Shown: positions 13,011 through 25,770 of the stretch, piece after piece
How the letters are laid out: every line of letters starts with the position of its first letter
Position numbering within the stretch: position 1 is the first letter of the stretch
NCBI RefSeq assembly: GCF_000143415.4
Contig: NW_003314271.1
Coordinates: forward strand, 1,532,092 to 1,596,091
DNA length: 64,000 nucleotides
DNA from: Selaginella moellendorffii
Lineage: Eukaryota > Plantae > Lycopodiophyta
Direction of reading: 5' to 3'
Translations under genes and position numbers: made by a program
The notes under the pieces: generated by a model
What the model was told of the DNA's origin: nothing
Seen by the model: only the letters and a program-made list of their open reading frames with translations
Databases searched by the model: none

Positions 13011-16000
13011 CGGACACTCCCACGTGTCATGTGTTGGTCCTTTTGGGTCCCTTTTTGGAGCCTCGCCTTTTGCTCACTTTGTGCTCGTTCCTCGAGCACT
13101 TCGTTGGGAGTTCCACTCCCGCTCTTGACTTCTCAAGTCGGAGCTTTTGGTCCAAACGTGTTACGCTCGTTTGGCTCTCGCTTCGGCCACTACCATGTGG
13201 CGCCCTTCCGGCTCCACTTTGGGGCCTAGGGATTTTGTGTCTCACAACTCCACCACCCATAGACGAAGTTCGATGTCCTCATCGAACGGTAAACCGTTTC
13301 ATAAAGTAACACCCACACGTGTTACCATTTCCATCCTTGGCACCTAGCCAATCTTTGTCTATGGTTTGACATCAAAGGCTCACCATGCCTTGTCCATCCT
13401 TTAAGGAGCGTAGTCTCTCCAACTTAGTGACTGATTGGACCACATGTAATGGTTCTCCCTTTTTATTGGTTTAGTTCTCGCTAAACCTCTTAGAGACCCT
13501 TCTCTAAGTCAATCCCACTACTCCTTAAGTAGTCTCAATTTCCATCTATTGAATGTTTGCATCTTGGAACTTTTACTCTTTTGACTTTTTGGAAGTCAAT
13601 TTCCTAGGTGTCTCCAACACCTTGCATTGCACAGATTGTGCAACTCCACTTCCCTATCCTAGGAAGTTCATTACTTGAGGGCACCATCATCCTCTCTTCT
13701 ATTTCGTGCCACCTTGGGCACTAAGTTCCATTTATCACACTTTGTGCTAGGGTTGTCCATCGCCCTATCATTTGGCTATCTTACCACTCCCTCTCTTGGA
13801 GCTTCCACTTTCGCCAAATCAGAGCAATTCGGAATCCCTCCTTGGAAACACACTTCTTTTCCCGCAACTTGTTAGCGTCCAACACATTAGTGTTCCTCGC
13901 CTAACTTTGTCACTTGGATTCCTCTCAAGGGATTCCACGGCCCTATCTTGGCCACTCATCTTTTGCTCCTATCCGTTGATTGTTGCACCAAGCAACATCG
14001 AATCTCTACCTCCCTCCTTGAGGTATTGTTTCGGTTCCATAGCAAAGACTCTTCTTTGCCAAGTCCGGAGGATGTTCACCCCTAGTACGTCTCTTTAGCA
14101 TCTTCTGCTATGGGCTCTATCTATGGCCCAACTTCGTGACCCTCCCATGGGTCTTTTATAGAGACTACTTTCCTCGGACTCACTATGCCATCGCACGGAC
14201 ATAGTTTATTTCCCTTAGGTGCTCTTCCCACTTGGTCATCACGACCAAGCCACACCACCTTAAACAGTTCAATTTCAATATTTTGAACCAGGAACTTCAT
14301 TCCTTAGCCAACCAAGGACCTTGTCCTTATCTGGCCATAAGATCGCCTAGTGATCTCACCTTGGCACCTTAACAGAGTTGCCAAGAAGTACTTGGTTTTC
14401 TAGACCTCCAAGTTGTTGACTATAACCCCGGGGGCATCCCCCACACTTGGCGGTGCACCCAAGCTAGCCCTTACGGCCAAGGGTTCATAGCAACTGAGAT
14501 TAGGTGTCCCCATCTCACTCACCACGACCTTGGTGCCACTTGCACCAAAGCGTTCAAGTTAGATATGCTGAGCTTTCACACTAAGCAATCTAACCATGCA
14601 TCACGACTCTGAGGCATCCCTCGCTTGGCGGTGTGCCCAAACCAGTCTCCCCACTGAGAGTCCATGACCACCGAAATATGAGTGTCCTCATATTCCAAAC
14701 CATCACCACGCCCTAGTGATTTGGGACTCGAACCCAAGCACTAGAGGGTCGGGACTCGAACCCAACCTCCGTATATGCATCTACGGACGGCATCACACAA
14801 GATGCCTGGCGTGACTCCCCACGCCGGTGCACCAACCTATTTTTAAAGCGCGCTACAGATCACAGCTTAGGAACCTAGTTCCTCCACACTACCAAGTCCT
14901 CTCACTTGACATGTCTGTGATCATGCATGGACTCCTCCATGCTCGGCCCCATGGCCCACCCTTTTTGAAGATATCACCTTCAACTAGGGTCTTTGTTCCC
15001 CCGACGTGCCAATCTCACTTGGCAAGTCCTCCGACCATTGTAACATGGTTCCTGCATAAGCGTGAAAGTCCTTGACCATCGACTTTCGTTCAAAGCCCTC
15101 TCTTTGAACACTCGGGAACTACTTCCCTAACCTTGATAACCTTGCCTCATGGCAAGCTTCAAGACCACGCTTTTGCTGCGCCACTCTGATTTCGCGCGTT
15201 CTATGAACCATTTACACTTGGCCTTTCTAGGTACTACGCTACCTAGAATCGTCTTTGGGAACCTTGAAGGAACTCTGTCCCTCAGCTTGCTAAGGCCTCC
15301 CCTTTCTCAAGCTTTATAGTTGCCATATAGTCTAACATGGACAATTCCATATTTTAGACTCTCCATGGCATCACGGTTGCTAGCAACAACATCCTCGAGC
15401 ACCCTCTTGATTCTCCACTCCCAACTTTCATAACCACTGTTGGATATGCCCTTTGATTTCTATGGTTCAGTTCCATCCCAACACTACTTGCCTTTGGCTT
15501 CACACCTTTCCTTCGGTCATTCTCCTTCAGACCAGGAGGATAGCTTTGCACTTTCTATCATGCCTTAGCAAGTATTCTTAGGGATGAACCTACCCAATAG
15601 CCCTGGGAGTGGTTCCTCAATTCGGGTATGCTCAGCTTATAATCCCACACACTGGGGTTACATTGTTGCTTATGGGCCTTTACATGCCCATCACTAGCCT
15701 TGCCAAAATTCCATTTTTGGCTTTGTCCAACTTGGGTAGACAGTCCTCTCCTGTCTCCGCAACCTTGGACATTTGGATAGCACCTTCTATCCATCATTCG
15801 CTAGGGACTTAGTCCCTTGGGCTTTATCCATTGCCCTCGCGACATCAAACACCACCTTCTGGTGTTCTAGAGTGTTCGGGTGTCCCAATGATGGCTTTCT
15901 TGACAATGAGTATTTCCTTTTATGACATTGACTTACTACATCGCAATATAAGCAACTTATCCCCCGTAAGGGTATATCCGACTTCCCTATACTAGAAGTC

Positions 16001-18311
16001 TTGGGTAGCTACCTTCTACCCGTTTAACCAGTTATTTTGCACCTCTTGCTTAGTTGCCTCATAGTTGTCAAGTCCTACAACTCATTGCTTGGTGCTTTCA
16101 CACCTCCATCACTATCTGGGTCACCACACTCCAAATGCATGCTCTGCAGCTTAGGCTATGCCATTCCCATTTCCATTGGGATTCCTTTGGCAAGGGGTTC
16201 TCATGAACCCACCAACATAGCCTCAAGGTATCACACCTTGGCACATTTGGTGTCTCCACACCATCGGCTCCACGAGCCTACCTCTATGACATTTCCCTTC
16301 GTGTCTAAGTCTTTGCCAAGACCAACACCGCTCTTTCTCATGCCAACCATCTGTTAGCACTGCCCCATAAAGGTCACACACAACTTTATGTCAAAGTTGT
16401 TTTCTTCTGGGAACACCTTTCCCATAACTTTAGCATGGCACATTTTGCCATCGATGAGATACTCTCTGTTCTCATCCTTGGATCCTATGATCCCCCCCCA
16501 TCCTTTGTGGGGTACAACGCACCTCAGTCCAAATGCTTCATTCAGTCCTTTTTAGGACCATCCCTTGACTCTACTTGAGTTATCTAGCAGTTTTGGACTT
16601 GGTTAATCCACCGACCCGTAAGGTCCTACTTGTGAGGCACTAGCTCACTGGAATACACATCTTGCATTCCGGTCCTACTCAAAAGGACTATTTTCACAAG
16701 TGTCACTCCGACACTTGATTTTGTTCACTGGGGGCAACCTTTGCCCCTTAGGACTACTTGTCCATGTGATGAGAATACCAACTCATCCACTTAATACACC
16801 CCCAACTCCTTGGGTTGTTCCAGCATTTATTAGAGGTAGCCCCGGCTACCATTTCAAGGACTTGAGTCCTCTTTCGTATTTGACCTTCCACGGTCATTAC
16901 CTTTGGTCTCACATTCATGAGCACCAACCTCAACTATATGAGGATAATCTTGTGACTCCTTTATTTTTTTGGAGTCTCTATCTTTCCCGTGATCCCAACT
17001 TTAGTTGTTTACCACAACAACCTAAGCCAATTTCCTGAGACAAATGCTCATCCGGATCACATCCTCAACTCAATGAGGAAAACCTTGCACTGTTCCCAAG
17101 ATCCCAAAGTCGTTCCATTATTGGCCCTTTTCTATCCACCACCTCGTCTACAAGTTCACACATGAACTGTAATGGAGAGCCATGTCTTCCAGACTTGCTA
17201 CTCCTCAAGGATAGGCCCCCTCCTCGGACCTTCCGATGCCAACACTAGTGGTGATATACTTGAGCACCAATAAAAGTCGGACTAAGGAACAGCTCTGATA
17301 CCAAGTTGTAAGCGACTAATTTTTCCATTCTACTTTAGTCACTTAACCACACCTTCGACCACTTGGAGGAGTTTCACTCACAACCTCCTTAAGTCCAATT
17401 CAGGACTTGGGACTTGCTAGCCCCAAGAATGGCATCCATGCCACTCAACGCTTGCACCTGGTCCAAGTGCTCCACTTGTCCGGTCCCAAGACCGACACCC
17501 AAAGGTACCACTGACATCTCGGCCCGTTACGCTAAGGCCATGCCCCTTCACCTTTGCTGCACTAGTGGTCCAATACCACTTGCATCACCATCCCGTCTCT
17601 CCAAGACTGGGCCATCTGTCCACGAGTGGTCATCCTAGATCCACTCCTTAGCATCCTTAGGATGCCCACAGACCGGGGGAATTGCCTTCCCCAAAGTCCC
17701 TTTGTTAGTTCCTACCAAGACCCTTTCTGCCCCTGGCCGTGTTTGCCAACACTGCCACTGGATCGAGGCCCACAGGCCCGACCACTAAGTCCCACGGTCC
17801 TCTGGGACTTCCTCACCACACGACTGTATCCTTGGTCACTACCCCAGAGGACTGCTCCTCTTCCTTTCCACAATCTAGGCCTTTGGGACAACATTTCGGA
17901 ACACCGTGGCCTTACGCGAGCCACCTGGGTACTCTCCCCGCCTTTCGCCTTTAGGTGCTCTAGCCATGGGCTTAGAGCGAGGTTCCGTTGAGCCACGCCT
18001 GGTATCCAAGTAGGTAGTGCCATTCACACTTGGACTGGGAGCATCGGCCAGTCGATCTCCCGGGGGAACTAGAGCCGGCTCTTGAACACTTCACCAAGCT
18101 ACCCCGCTTGTCGGTCCGTGTTCACTCTAGTCTTGGACTTCCCAGTGGGCAGCTCATCACCCAACACTGGGTCCGGCCTTCCTGGGCCAAACTGGCCTTT
18201 CCTGGCCAAACTGGCTCCACTGCAGTCCTCCCCCTACTATACTTTTGGAGCTCACCAAACCCCCCAGGGTCTGGGAGACGAACGCTTTGGGCTTTCACCC
18301 TCTCAGGCTCC

Positions 18312-18908
18312 GGACTCGGACTCGGACTCGGACTCGGACTCGGACTCGGACTCAGACTTGGACTCGGGTTCGGACTCGGACTCGGGCTCAGGCTCGGTCT
18401 CGGCCTCGGCCTCGGTCTCGGTCTCGGCCTCGGTCTCGGTCTCGGTCCCGATCTCGGTCTCGGTCTCGGTCTCGGTCCCGGTCTCGGTCTCGACTTCGGA
18501 CTCCATCTCGGACTCCACCTCGGACTCCATCTCGGACTCCATCTCGGACTCCATCTCGGGTCCATCTCGGGTCCATCTCGGACTCCATCTCGGACTCCAT
18601 CTCGGGTCCATCTCGGACTCCATCTCGGACTCCATTTTGGGTCCATCTCGGGTCCACCTCGGACTCCATCTCGGACTCCATCTCGGACTCCATCTCGGGT
18701 CCATCTCGGACTCCACTTCGGACTCCAGCTCGGGTCCATCTCGGGTCCACCTCGGACTCCATCTCGGACTCCACTTCGGACTCCAACTCGGGTCCATCTC
18801 GGGTCCACCTCGGACTCCACTTCGGACTCCATCTCGGACTCCACTTCGGACTCCAACTCGGGTCCATCTCGGGTCCACCTCGGACTCCACTTCGGACTCC
18901 ATCTCGGA
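18312..18908. repeat. Tandem array in element-B LTR
   Basis: Same 6/11/12-mer units as 12431-13010 with a different unit count. Confidence 0.95.
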
Positions 18909-19216
18909 CACTCCCACGTGTCATGTGTTGGTCCTTTTGGGTCCCTTTTTGGAGCCTCGCCTTTTGCTCGCTTCGTGCTCGTTCCTCGAGCACTTCGTTG
19001 GGAGTTCCACTCCCGCTCTTGACTTCTCAAGTCGGAGCTTTTGGTCCAAACGTGTTACGCTCGTTTGGCTCTCGCTTCGGCCACTACCATGTGGCGCCCT
19101 TCCGGCTCCACTTTGGGGCCTAGGGATTTTGTGTCTCACACTAACGTTCTTCTAAATCTCGGCCCGTCTACAAGAGAACCTTGATGGTCTTCCATTATTC
19201 CAAAAGGAGGGGATGA

Positions 19217-19404
19217 TGTGAGGGTTAAGTGTACGGCTATGATGCTATAAACTAATATTAATGTAGTGGGATTTTGGTAGCTGTCAGATTGGTTTCAATC
19301 CGGACCACTCACTCTTGTATATAAGAGTGAGTGGTTTCACTCACTTTTGGGCTAATTAATATGCACATTCTCTGTATTCCCTTTCCATATTCCAAGCACT
19401 CACA
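19217..19404 (+). repeat. 3' LTR of element A copy 1
   Basis: TGTGAGGG...CTCACA, preceded by PPT and followed by TSD CTAT. Confidence 0.9.
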
Positions 19405-19464
19405 CTATAATTTAATAGAGTCTCTATAATACTATACTCATGAATGAAAAGTGGTAAGTTGTGT

Positions 19465-20330
19465 TCATTTGGTGTTGTAGTGTCTTCTCTTGGGATTCAC
19501 CTTGAATCTAAGCTCACTATACTACTTGATGAGCTCCTCCACACCCGCCACCTGAAAGTTTGAAGAGATCCACGCACGCATTCCCCGGCCAAGCAAAAAG
19601 CTTGTTGAAGCCAGCACATGCCACAATCATCTTTCCCACTTCCACATTCTCAACAAGTTCATCATACTTCTCCTGATCAAAAGGACCACACTTTTCATTG
19701 AAAACAACATCAGACGTGCTCAGGTTATTGTCCACCAGCAATTCATACTCGCAACACCTAAAACTGAAAAACACCTCCCACTCGTGCACCAGCACCCGCG
19801 CATCAAACACCAGCCGCACCTACATGTCCAGCAACCCAACACCACCAAACAGGTAGAAACCAGCTCTTGCCGAAACTTTCGCAATCCCAGGATCTCACGC
19901 CCTCAGATCTCACAGGGTATGCTGGGCTTGGCCCTGATGTACTTGATTAGAGGCGGACTAAGCAACGGCATCTCCTGCTGCTGCTGCTGCTGGAGCTCTT
20001 CCTGGACTGCCTCTATCGATATCGGCCTCCTCTTGTAGCTGTCGACACAAAGGCGAATGTTGGTGTACGTGAGGTCCTCGTCCCAAATACCTTCGTAGCA
20101 CAACTTGTCGTCGCTTAGGTACGACAGCCTCTCGTGGACAATGGTTCACTCACATTGGCCTGCTTGCAGGCATTGCTCCACACCCACTGGATCCTATGTT
20201 CTAACCTGCACAGAGGGAAGTCCGCAACGCTGTAGAAGCCCACATACTGCCAGTGCCTGTGACCCAGATTGTCCAGTACTAGACCCAAAATTGCAGACTC
20301 ATCCAACTTTCTCCTGAGCTGTGCCGCCAA
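19465..20330 (-). pseudogene. Gene X family copy 1 (ATG>TTG, deletions, frameshifts)
   Basis: Fragments 20115-20330, 19903-20103 and 19517-19819 align to the 302-aa X protein. Confidence 0.85.
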
Positions 20331-20655
20331 GTTTAGTTACAAAGATTAGTCGTTTTGATTAAGTATGGGTTCTCTTTTTCTTTTTTTCGTTGTTTTTTTT
20401 TCCTTAGTGTTATTTAAATTAAAGAGCCTTGGGTAAAAAGATTAATCTTACTAATTAACTTACAAAGCCCTAAGTAGAAAAGCTCAAACATTCTTAGAGA
20501 GCTTTTAATTTAGATTTTTTTTAATTATGTGTATATAGAAACGAAAAGGAAAGCTTTAGAATTTCCGCAAACCGACAAGTCACGCTCTTGGCCATTTCAA
20601 CGATTTAAATGTGTGGTTGTGAGACCGGAAGGCCCACCCACCTAGCACGGAAAGA

Positions 20656-21639
20656 ATGGGCGAGGAGGAGCGCAAGAGCTCCGGCAAGCAAATTGGAGGC
20701 TTTGTGTTTGCAGAGGATGGATCTTACGTGCGCGCTCCTCCACCAACAGGTCCTGCGGGGTTCTTTGCGGAGGTTCCAGCCAATCCCGCGTTCATTGACG
20801 GCGTGGCGAGCCGCGACGTGACTCTCGACAAGGATCGGGGACTTTGGGTGAGAGTTTTCCGTCCGGAAGAGCTGGGAAATCGCACGCTGCCCATCGTCAT
20901 CTTCTACCACGGGGGAGGATTCATCTACATGAGCGCCGCGAATGCGATCTTTCACAGATTTTGCGAGGCCCTGTCCAGGAAGCTGGGAGCGATCGTGGTG
21001 TCTGTGAATTACCGCCTAGCTCCGGAGCACAGGCTCCCGGCGGCCTACGACGATGGCTACGACGCCCTCAACTGGGTCCGAGAGATCGCCAAGAGCAGTA
21101 GCGATCAAGACGCTTTCGCTCACGCGGATTTCTCGAAGATCTTCGTCATGGGCGACAGCGCCGGGGGAAATCTCGCAGCCCGCGTGGCATTGCGCGCTGC
21201 CCAGGATGGAATCCCGCTCGCCGGCCAGATCCTCCTCCAGCCCTTCTATGGAGGCACGTCCAGGACCGAGTCGGAGCTCAAGCTCGGGTCCTCCAATCCG
21301 ATGATCACGCTCGACTCCAGCGATTTTTGCTGGCTGGCGACGCTCCCCGAGGGCGCGGCCGACCGCGATCATCCATTTTGCAACCCGATGGTGGAATTGC
21401 CGGGAGATCTCGAGAGATTGGGGGCCGGGGGACTGCCGAGAGCGCTGGTGGTGGTGGGCGGCAAGGATCTCCTCCACGATCGCCAGGTAGAGTTTGCAAA
21501 GATCTTGGAAGACGCTGGCAATGCCGTGAAGCTCATCGAGTATGAAAACGCTTCCCATGGATTCTACGCCGCGGGGGACGATAGCTGCCAGGAATACGTC
21601 CTTGTCTTGGACGAAATCGCTAGCTTCTTGCGAGAGTGA
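20656..21639 (+). CDS. Plant carboxylesterase (CXE / GID1-like HSL-family alpha/beta-hydrolase), 327 aa
   Basis: Intronless; FYHGGGF, VNYRLAPEHRLPAAYDD, GDSAGG (Ser), GGKDLL (Asp), HGFY (His retained). Confidence 0.95.
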   Translation: MGEEERKSSGKQIGGFVFAEDGSYVRAPPPTGPAGFFAEVPANPAFIDGVASRDVTLDKDRGLWVRVFRPEELGNRTLPIVIFYHGGGFIYMSAANAIFHRFCEALSRKLGAIVVSVNYRLAPEHRLPAAYDDGYDALNWVREIAKSSSDQDAFAHADFSKIFVMGDSAGGNLAARVALRAAQDGIPLAGQILLQPFYGGTSRTESELKLGSSNPMITLDSSDFCWLATLPEGAADRDHPFCNPMVELPGDLERLGAGGLPRALVVVGGKDLLHDRQVEFAKILEDAGNAVKLIEYENASHGFYAAGDDSCQEYVLVLDEIASFLRE

Positions 21640-21905
21640 CCCCTGGCTGACGGCTGTGAACCCGCGTTGAATAAAGTGGACTCTGTTGACTTACGGGTTC
21701 ACTGGCGGTCAGAGCTCAGGGTACACAAGCTTTGGCAGCCATTCACGAGGATGGCATTTCTTCCTTTTGTCTTTGCGGTGTCATCAGGCAGCAATTTCTC
21801 ATTCCACTGCGCATTCCCTTCCAACCAGCAGTGCTTGATTGGATGCAAAAGAACAATGGTTGTAGTGATCGATGTTCATCAAAGTTTATGAATCCAAACA
21901 ACTTG

Positions 21906-22498
21906 CTAGATGTTTTTGAGTGTGCACAGCATGCCCAAGGGGAAACTGGGCTCAAAGAAGCTTCCACTCAAGATTTGCCTCGTGATGATCTGGCTTGCTG
22001 CTTCGTTGTAGTGAACTCCATCCCAATTGAGATAGGCGGATAGGATTCTTACAAGTCGTTGATGCCACCGTCTTCCCAGCCATCACTTTGCTCTGCCTGC
22101 ATTGCACCTCAAAGTTGTAGTTGTAGTTCCCTCCAATCCCACAGCAGGCCTTTGTTGGCAGAATCCTTTGAAGTCAACGATGGTCAGAAACACGCCTATG
22201 TTCTTGCTTGAGGGTGAGGGAGTATTTTATGTCGTAAGTGTTGATGTAGATTATAGTGCTGCCTGGGAGCTGGCTACAAGGTTGCTCAATGCTTGAACAA
22301 TCAAGACTAGCAAAACAGAATGACATCTCATCTCATTTCATTGTAGGGCTGCGTGACTTCGTTGAATTCGATGGGCTTGATCGTAGCTCACTTGGAGAAG
22401 TCTTTCCCCCTGCGTTGAGAGAGTTCCCTGGGACACCACGATTGATCGAGCGAGAGCAAAAATCACCGCAATATAGCTATCAATCTTGGAGAACGGAA
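21906..22498 (-). pseudogene. GDSL lipase 3' remnant (cassette unit 1)
   Basis: Reverse-strand match to 59781-60690 with deletions; intron sequence retained. Confidence 0.8.
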
Positions 22499-22572
22499 TG
22501 TGGCGAAACTGATTTGACAGAGATGTGGCCGTGGACGGGTGATGTGTCACCGCCGGTCACGGGCTCGAATCC

Positions 22573-23445
22573 GTCACCGCAGCAGCAGCAGCAAACTTGG
22601 TGGAGTGACGAAGATTGTGTGACATGGATTACTCATGTATTTGCAGATGTCCAGAACGGGAATTTGTAAATGTGATGAAAAACATGAGAACGACCGGTTT
22701 CAAACCCATTTGGGTTTGGAATTGTGTGCTGCAGACACTGGTTATGCATAGCCATACTGAGTACGCATGGGAATTTTTTCTGGCAATGAAAAAAAAAAGA
22801 TCAAACAACATGGAACACAATCGTGACTACATTTTCCCAGGAAGGGCATTTCTACAAAGTTGCACAAGTTCAAGACAAAATGCCTGAGCTGAGGGGGGCA
22901 TTTGCTCCATATCAATTCTGGACCAATTGTAAACTCGGGACATGTGCTCTATGCTTCTACAGCATTCTAGAGTGGGGAGCTAAGCGCATACTTAAAGCTG
23001 TACAGCAAGATCTTGTTACGATGTATGGAGTTTCTTATCCAAATGTGGTGGCCCTTGCTTCCCAACACCCCAACTGGTCACTTGAAGAATACTTTGCGAA
23101 AACCGGAATGCAAGATGTTAAAGGAGTTCACGAGATTCTCATCAATAGAAATTCTCCAGCAAACCAAGAGGAAGCCACAAAGGTTTTGGAGTTTCTCTAT
23201 GGCCATTGGTCCACTGCAATTTGTGGGGAGAACCTAATCATGTTGAAAAGCCTACGATTCTACAGACTCTTGTTTGCTCATTGTGTGGAAGCTTTGGAAG
23301 GCACAAGTTCTTTTTTTTATAACATTAAACCAAAGCGCTAGGGCGGGAAAAGATGCACTTAAAGAGATTGAGCACTGGGAATCCCATGGTAAACTTCCAG
23401 ACGAAGTTCGGGGATTGGCGGAGCCCTATTGCAAGATCTGTCTAG
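22573..23445 (+). pseudogene. Gene W fragment (PPR-like 'Q' block plus 'Z' block)
   Basis: GFKPIWVWNCVLQTLVMHSHTEYAWEFFLAMKK resembles a PPR motif; frameshifted; block Z recurs at 48814-49411. Confidence 0.45.
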
Positions 23446-25770
23446 TGAACTTTTGCAGCTTCGCAGAAATGCCCTACCTGGGCAAATGCAGTCATGATTG
23501 TGTTCCATGTTGTTTGATCTCTTTTTTCATTGCCAGAAATAGCTCCCATGCGTACTTAGTATGGCTATGCATAACCAGTGTCTGCAGCACACAATTCCAA
23601 ACCCAAATGGGTTTGAAACCGGTCGTTCTCATGTTTTTCATCACATTTTGCAGATTCCCGTTGTGGACATCTGCAAATACATGAGTAATCCATGTCACAC
23701 AATCTTGGTCGCTCCACCAAGTTTGCTGCTGCTGCTGCGGTGACGATGGTGGGAGAGGAAGAGGAGGAAGAAACCTGTTGCTATGATCTCGTCCGCAATC
23801 CAAGCTCCGACACCGACATGGAGGAGACGGTGGGCTAGATCTGAGCGGCATAGGGGGGCTTCCTCGTCTAGCAAAGCATCTCCGGTCACGCAAGAAAGCT
23901 CCTGCCCCCTGCTGCATCAGATAGGATGGGAGTTGGCCTTGCCGAGAGAGACGGAGCTCGTCCAAGCTTGAGTAGTGCAGTGTGGAAGCATGCTTAGCGC
24001 CCATCTGGCCTTTGCATTGCTGAGAGCCCGCAACTTGCCAACCTGAGAAGCGCACTCTGGAGGGCGGAGCAAGAGAGATCTTGACGGGATGAGAGATCCG
24101 GCAACGTGGAACGCTCTTGCGGAAAATCAGACGCAGCATGGCATGAGCCCAGAAAAACTTGCAGATCTTCTCGACGAGCAAATGCCTCGAGTGCGTCGAC
24201 TTGGCAAAGTAGGCGTTTTAGCAAAGGCGACAATGGGTTTCTCACTGACAAAGAGGGGCTTTTTTCGTGGTAACAAACCAACCTCAACCACGCGGTGACG
24301 ATCGCATCACCAGCAAACGTTCTGCTGGTCTTTGCAGGATCAACATGTCCACCGTGTCGAGAAGGCTTCACGAAAGTTTCTTCGATCGACTACTTCATAG
24401 TGAGTGCTCACTCGCCTCCCCAGGTTTCTTCTCGCAGCTTCTCTCTGGCCAGCAACCGCTGCTTGCGTCTCCTGGACCGTGAATCTCACCTTGTTCTGTG
24501 CTCTGTCACGACGATCATATGCGTTGAGTCTGTACGAAGAGTGGCCGATGAGAAAAAGGCTTGAAACCAGAGAAAGAAAACTGGATACCTCTCTGCCGTG
24601 AACTTCGCTTGAATCAAGATGGGCGATGGATGGTTGCGAGTGCCCCTCGCGCTGCGCAAAAAATGACTAGCGTCAGTGAAGATGTTTGCTTTGTCTAGCC
24701 AAACCGATCGTTGGATTGCCATAAACAGCCAAGGCAGTGGTACTATCATGAATCACCACGCCACGGCTCGCGCGGATTCAATCAAAAGAATGCTAAGAAC
24801 TTCCAAAATTTGGTCATCCAAAGAGAGACGAACTTACCGGACTTTCCATCGATGTCGTCAGAAGACGTAGTGAGCTTTTCGTGAGTTTCATCGTCCGTGG
24901 CGGTCGTATGGTCGCTGTGGAATCCATCTCTCTCTTCCGTGAGTAAATGCCCCGCGTCCACGCTGCTTGGGAGCTACGTCCTCAGCCTCCTCCTCTGCGG
25001 CTTCTCTCGCGTTTTCTCTGGAGTTGGAGCAACGCTTGGGAGTTGGATTGCACAAAGAAACTTGGGAGAATCGAGGAGGGAGCTGTGGTGGCTTTGATGA
25101 ACTCCCAGGGATGTCGTGAGCGGCTTTCTCCCGCAAAGCAAACTTTCAAAGCTCCGCTATCCTTCCTCTTCGTCGCCTTCCTTTTCTATGGAGCATTGCT
25201 TCTTCTGCAAAGAAATTCCTGAGAACACTCATGCTACGTACGCGTTTAATCTGTGCCGGATGACAATGGCGGAGCTGCGCAGCGAACCGGCCTTAGCCCT
25301 GCCGCTCGTACAGCGGCCCGATTCGCGACCCGATTCGATTCGCTCTGCATCTCGTCCACAACGCCCTGCTCCTGAGATTTTAGGGTTCTTGAGAGAAGCG
25401 CCAAAAAAACATCTCAATGACGCCAAGCGATGGCAGCTCGATTCGATGCCTTCCAAGCGCTCCAAAGCGCAGTGGCGAGATTGACGCGGTGATGTGGGGG
25501 TAGAGCATCGTCTCCGCCGATTCCAGATGCCCATTCCGGGCGTAGGCCGCGAGCATCGCGTTTGAGCAGGAAAATCTAGAAACCCGGGGAGCTGGAATTG
25601 GATCATCGGTAGCTGCTGCTGCTGCTTGCGATGGCGCTGCTGGGGGGAGCCTTAAGAGCCCTAAACCTCAAGAAAGTGATGGTTACAAGGAAGGCGATTC
25701 GAACCGCGACGCGTTTGGAATTTTCGGGAGTGGGCCGGATTCGAGCCCGCGACTAGAGGTGACACGTCCA
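23446..25770 (-). pseudogene. Gene W 5'/central region (decayed), inverted copy
   Basis: Reverse complement of ~53470-55795; includes the PPR-like block at 23492-23745. Confidence 0.5.

Larger units (their letters stand above)
11426..19140 (-). mobile_element. Element B, complete non-autonomous LTR element (LARD-like): 5' LTR 17307-19140, 3' LTR 11426-13246
   Basis: 5-bp TSD CTAAC (11421-11425 / 19141-19145); near-identical LTRs; Met-i PBS TGGTATCAGAGC on the minus strand at 17292-17303; ~4.06 kb internal region with no long ORF. Confidence 0.95.
4927..19404 (+). mobile_element. Ty3/gypsy LTR retrotransposon, element A copy 1 (decayed; carries two nested element-B insertions)
   Basis: LTRs TGTGAG...CTCACA at 4927-5097 and 19217-19404; 4-bp TSD CTAT (4923-4926 / 19405-19408); PBS TGGTGGAGATG at 5099; PPT AAAAGGAGGGGATGA before 19217; pol remnant 8442-11425 colinear with 44185-47180. 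Confidence 0.95.

Noticed and set aside
12149-13309. 200-420 aa ORFs in all six frames (SR-, GL-, SD-, ES-repeat proteins); also at 5.4-6.1, 18.0-19.1, 35.8-37.1 and 41.8-43.1 kb
   Set aside because: They arise because the LTR tandem units contain no stop codon in any frame; they are not SR proteins or extensins.
14713-14770. Complete tRNA gene or SINE
   Set aside because: Only T-arm-like hairpins are present; no D-arm/A-box, anticodon arm, poly-A tail or TSD could be identified.
20609-20821. Out-of-frame upstream ATG before the CXE genes as a regulatory uORF
   Set aside because: The ATG overlaps the TTTAAAT TATA-like motif and is probably upstream of the TSS; its frame differs between copies.
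20656-21639. Gibberellin receptor GID1
   Set aside because: The catalytic His is retained (HGFY/HAFY) and the GID1 N-terminal lid is not recognisable; better called CXE.
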